In this document: piece by piece, positions 24,665 to 27,902 of the stretch
Numbering within the stretch: position 1 is the stretch's first letter
How the letters are laid out: each line of letters starts with the position of its first letter
Origin: a virus
Lineage: Duplodnaviria; Caudoviricetes
IMG/VR virus record: IMGVR_UViG_3300005077_000117
Span: 1-27,902 of that record
Strand: one strand, 5' to 3'
DNA: 27,902 bases
Made by a program: the position numbers and the translations under genes
The notes under the pieces: model-generated
What the model was told of the DNA's origin: nothing
What the model saw: only the letters and a program-made list of their open reading frames with translations
Databases searched by the model: none

Positions 24665-25181
24665 ATTTTCAGGAGAAATACTTCGTAAATCCAGGGAATC
24701 AAAAGGAAAAAATCAAGAAGATGTTGCAAGAGAAGTTGGCGGCCTAAGCAAAGGGCATGTATCCGCCATAGAACTGGGAAAAAGAACATGCAGCCTGAGA
24801 TTACAAAAGGATCTAGTTGATTGGATCAATGCCGGTATAATTGATACCGACACCACAAAAGAAAACACCGAAAAGGCAAAAAACGCCTCAGGCGACCTTG
24901 TCGCCACTCCAAATCATAACTTTCAGTCCGGAGCAGTCCCGGCATCGGTCGTCCAGGCCTTGACTGACCCTGACCTGCTGGCGTACATTGACAAAACAGT
25001 GACGGTGCTCACCTCGGGCACCGACATGGGTAAGGCCCTCAAATCGAGCATAGAGGCCTTTCACCGGGCTATCGAGGACAAACGCCGTATCGATCGGCTG
25101 GAGCAAGAAGTTGCGGAGCTGCAACACCAGATTCACGAATTGGCGGCAAAAAAACCGCACAAGGCGGGCAATACCGGGTGA
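24630..25181 (+). CDS. CI-like XRE HTH repressor (no S24 peptidase domain)
   Basis: LRKSRESKGKNQEDVAREVGGLSKGHVSAIELGKR; C-terminal coiled coil. Confidence 0.85.
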   Translation: MTMSTKKITIDEFSGEILRKSRESKGKNQEDVAREVGGLSKGHVSAIELGKRTCSLRLQKDLVDWINAGIIDTDTTKENTEKAKNASGDLVATPNHNFQSGAVPASVVQALTDPDLLAYIDKTVTVLTSGTDMGKALKSSIEAFHRAIEDKRRIDRLEQEVAELQHQIHELAAKKPHKAGNTG

Positions 25182-25293
25182 TCATCAAGTATGGCCCGCG
25201 ATCATCACCGCGGAGCCACGGAGGGAAAGTTTACTGGCTTTTTGAGAGCATATAGAAGGCATGTCCTCAAAGGTCTGCAATGGAGGTTGACCG

Positions 25294-25773
25294 GTGAAGT
25301 GCTTAAACTGCGGACACGTGCGCACCATGGCCGACAATAAACACACTCCTCCGACTGAGTGTCCTGGCTGCGGCGGGCTCTACGCCAAAATGGTGCCGCC
25401 GCGCCAGGTCGGGCCACCGCTGCAAATCCAGGCGGCAGCTATCCCCCAGGCGGCGCCTGCCATGACCAGGAGTGAAAGCGGCGCACCGGCGCCGACCAGG
25501 CCGGGCAGCATCGCCGGGAAACTGCTGGCATGGATGGTGGCTGGCGGCATCGGGGCGTTTCTTTTCGGCGCGCTGGTGGCCATCTGCAACCCCGACGGCG
25601 ACACGATGAATCCCCGCATCGCCGAAACGGTGGCCTCTCGGCCGACCATGCCCACGGCTGCCGTGGCAGGGTCCGCCGTGGGCGGCAGTATGATTACCGG
25701 TGCGCTGGGCTTTGTCGGCTTTTTTCTGGGGGCCTTTTTTCTGGTAATCTGGTTGCTTTCAGGGAGAAAATGA
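25294..25773 (+). CDS. Zinc-ribbon membrane protein (lysogeny-expressed; superinfection exclusion candidate)
   Basis: CLNC...CPGC plus two hydrophobic helices; GGAGG RBS; coupled to the integrase. Confidence 0.7.
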   Translation: MKCLNCGHVRTMADNKHTPPTECPGCGGLYAKMVPPRQVGPPLQIQAAAIPQAAPAMTRSESGAPAPTRPGSIAGKLLAWMVAGGIGAFLFGALVAICNPDGDTMNPRIAETVASRPTMPTAAVAGSAVGGSMITGALGFVGFFLGAFFLVIWLLSGRK

Positions 25774-26831
25774 CCGTCTCCCAACTCAAAGACGGCCGCT
25801 GGGTCTGCGAATATCCCCGCGGGCGCAACCCGGAGGCGCCGGACCGCAAGCGCAGCTATTTCGGTCGGGGCCCGGAGGCCGAGGCCCAGGCCTGGGCGCT
25901 CAACGCCCGTCTGGGGCTGGGCACGTCCCGGCAACAGCCGTCAGCGTGCCCCACGTTCGCCGCGCTGGCCGAGCAATACATGTCCGCCAGCCTGGCGCGT
26001 GAAGGAAGCTGGGAACGCACCTACAACCGCCTGGCGGCGGTCATTGTCCCCCTCATCGGCGGCATGCTGGCCAATGAGGTGACAGAGACCTCGCTTAGCC
26101 GGTACATCCTGCATCGTCGCAGCCAGGTCAAGGACGGCACGGTGCGCGGCGAACTGTCGGTCATTCGCACGGTCTTGCGCTGGGGCTGGAAAAATAAATA
26201 TCTGGCCAGCAACCCCATGGAGGGTTTTCGCCTGCCTGCGGCAAATTATGCCTGCATTCAGCCGCCGACCACCAGGGAACTGGCGGCCATTATCGACCAC
26301 GCCTCGCCGCACCTGCAACGGGCAATACTGCTGGCCTATCATACAGGCTTGCGGCCAGGGCGCGAGGAACTTCTATCGCTCACCTGGGCGGCAGTGGACT
26401 GGCACAGCCGAACAATCCACATCACCAGCGCACACAAGGGCGGAAGGCCGGTCCGCATCGTCCCCCTAAGCGCGGCCCTGTACGCGCACCTGATCACATG
26501 GCGAGCTGAAGACAGCGCCGCCGTGAACCACATCGTGCATTTCCAGGGGCACAGGATAGACAGGTTGACCACCGCCTGGAACGCGGCCAAGCGCCGGGCC
26601 GGTATCACCAGGCGCCTGAGGCTGTATGACCTGCGGCACAAATCCATCACAGACATGCTTGACGCCGGCGCCGACCTCAAGTCGGTCTCGGAAATCGTCG
26701 GCCATTCCACCCCGGAGCTGACGCTGAAGGTCTACCAGCACACCACCACCAAGCAGCATCGGTCCGCCGTCGAATTTCTGGGGGCATCACTACCCCCAGA
26801 AAAACCAGATAACCACCAGATATTACAGTGA
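25770..26831 (+). CDS. int: Tyrosine integrase
   Basis: Start MTVSQLKDGRW (ATGA overlap). Catalytic motifs TGLRPG, HKGG, LYDLRH, IVGH, KVYQH. Adjacent to the tRNA fragment. Confidence 0.95.
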   Translation: MTVSQLKDGRWVCEYPRGRNPEAPDRKRSYFGRGPEAEAQAWALNARLGLGTSRQQPSACPTFAALAEQYMSASLAREGSWERTYNRLAAVIVPLIGGMLANEVTETSLSRYILHRRSQVKDGTVRGELSVIRTVLRWGWKNKYLASNPMEGFRLPAANYACIQPPTTRELAAIIDHASPHLQRAILLAYHTGLRPGREELLSLTWAAVDWHSRTIHITSAHKGGRPVRIVPLSAALYAHLITWRAEDSAAVNHIVHFQGHRIDRLTTAWNAAKRRAGITRRLRLYDLRHKSITDMLDAGADLKSVSEIVGHSTPELTLKVYQHTTTKQHRSAVEFLGASLPPEKPDNHQILQ

Positions 26832-26837
26832 CAGATT

Positions 26838-26887
26838 TCGGCCTTCGAAGCCGAGTGCCGGGGGTTCGAATCCCTCTGGGCGCGCCA
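26838..26887 (+). mobile_element. att core: 3' part of tRNA-Arg(UCG)
   Basis: Anticodon arm TCGGC-CTTCGAA-GCCGA, T-arm GGGGG-TTCGAAT-CCCTC, acceptor 3' strand TGGGCGCG-CCA. No 5' acceptor strand or D-arm upstream. Confidence 0.85.
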
Positions 26888-27146
26888 TTTGCGCGTTTCA
26901 TTCTGGGGGTATTTGGGGGTTATTACCCCCACGGCGCGGGCTGGCTGCTGGATTAGTCTTGCAAATGCAGGACGGCAAGCCCGATGCCTTCGTGTCCGCA
27001 TTCCGTGCAGTACTGCCAGCGGAAGCGGGAACCCCGAACACGTCGCTGCATACTCACGCCCCACACTGGCACGGCGGGTATTCCATGCCAGAAAAAAGTG
27101 ACCCCAGATGGTGCGCTTGCGGCAGAGGCGTCCGGGGTGTTGTTGG

Positions 27147-27902
27147 CTACTTTCCGATGCGCCCGTACTTTGTCGTATCACTACTGTTATGCGCCTGCCG
27201 CGCTATCGAAAGCAGCAGGTCGCGGAAGGGCAGCGGGGTGGCGTTGCGAATCGCGGTCTTGTCCTTCCCGCCCACCATCGCCACCACGCCGATGCGCCTA
27301 GCCTTTTCGTAGCCGTAGCGCTCGATCATCCAGGCGGGCAAACGCTGCTCTCCCTTCGTCCAGTTCAGCTCGGGCAAGGCTGCCCGCCGTTGGCCACCGC
27401 CAGCAGCCATGTCGGCTTGCGGCTGTCGTGCCCGTAGTGGCCTTGCTCGACGTGGCACACCCACGCCATCGTTTCCGGGTCCAGTTGCCAACCAGCGCCG
27501 GCTTGCGGCTTCTTCAGCCAGAAGTGGTCCCATGCCTTGCTGTGCGCCGGGTGCTCAAGCACTCCACCCCATTGGTACAGCGCACGCAGAGCATTGGCGA
27601 AGCATCCGCCGTCGTCGCCCAACTTGTACTGGTGCGGTTTTCGCGTGCTGCCGTGCCAGAACCTTCCCCACCGCTGGCAGGGCGGGTGCGCAACCACCGG
27701 GTGCGGCCCCATGTACGTGCGCGCATCGCGGGCTTCGTCCCATGGGTCCACGCCTAGCACGCCCACATAGCAGCCTTTCGGCTCCACGTAGAGGGCCGCC
27801 ACCGTGCGCACCCCCGCCTGGTTCATCACCTGCAGCGCAAGCGTCCGCCAATCGGCCAGGTGCTCGTCGTACAGGGTCGAGGGGTAGCCGGAGAGGATGA
27901 CC
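27147..27902 (-). pseudogene. Dam/D12-like MTase C-terminus fused in frame to a C5-cytosine-MTase-like protein, frameshifted near 27385
   Basis: VILSGYPSTLYDEHLADW...VRT runs into VAALYV..AHPPCQRW..VLEHP..EQGHYGH..KPTWL. The C-terminus (LPELNW..RNATPLPFRDLLLSIAR) is in another frame. Confidence 0.6.

Noticed and set aside
24700-24725. Self-target of the NN code in the repressor (or helicase, about 22365-22385) gene
   Set aside because: Only about four consecutive dinucleotides match in A-rich sequence, which is expected by chance.
26800-26887. Complete tRNA-Arg gene
   Set aside because: The 5' acceptor strand and D-arm are absent; that position is occupied by the integrase 3' end.

Overview
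A GC-rich temperate lambdoid siphophage or prophage segment. The minus strand carries, from right to left: the immunity/early region, replication genes (D5/P4-type helicase, iteron-rich origin, primase), packaging genes (putative small terminase, ParB-methyltransferase, GpA large terminase), head genes (gpW-like, lambda-type portal, protease-capsid fusion) and tail genes (tube, frameshifted chaperone pair, tape measure). The plus strand carries the repressor, the integrase and a tRNA-Arg 3' fragment that marks att. Two accessory inserts stand out. (1) At 13.7-15.6 kb, bracketed by a 69-bp duplication of the terminase 5' end, is a stand-alone Cas7/RAMP-like gene. It is preceded by 30 perfect GGC-NN pentamers and followed by a second, degenerate pentamer unit with the same 3' tail. 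This is a candidate non-CRISPR RNA-guided system, with an architecture matching my recollection of VIPR-type loci. (2) At 9.5-11.45 kb is an antisense moron with its own promoter/operator, 57-bp structured repeats and a Csx20/Csx15-like ring-nuclease candidate. Also seen: a lambda cosQ/cosN-like site displaced into the early region, an apparent in-frame deletion in the capsid gene, and phage-like methyltransferase genes beyond att. All family calls come from motif recognition by eye; no searches were run.
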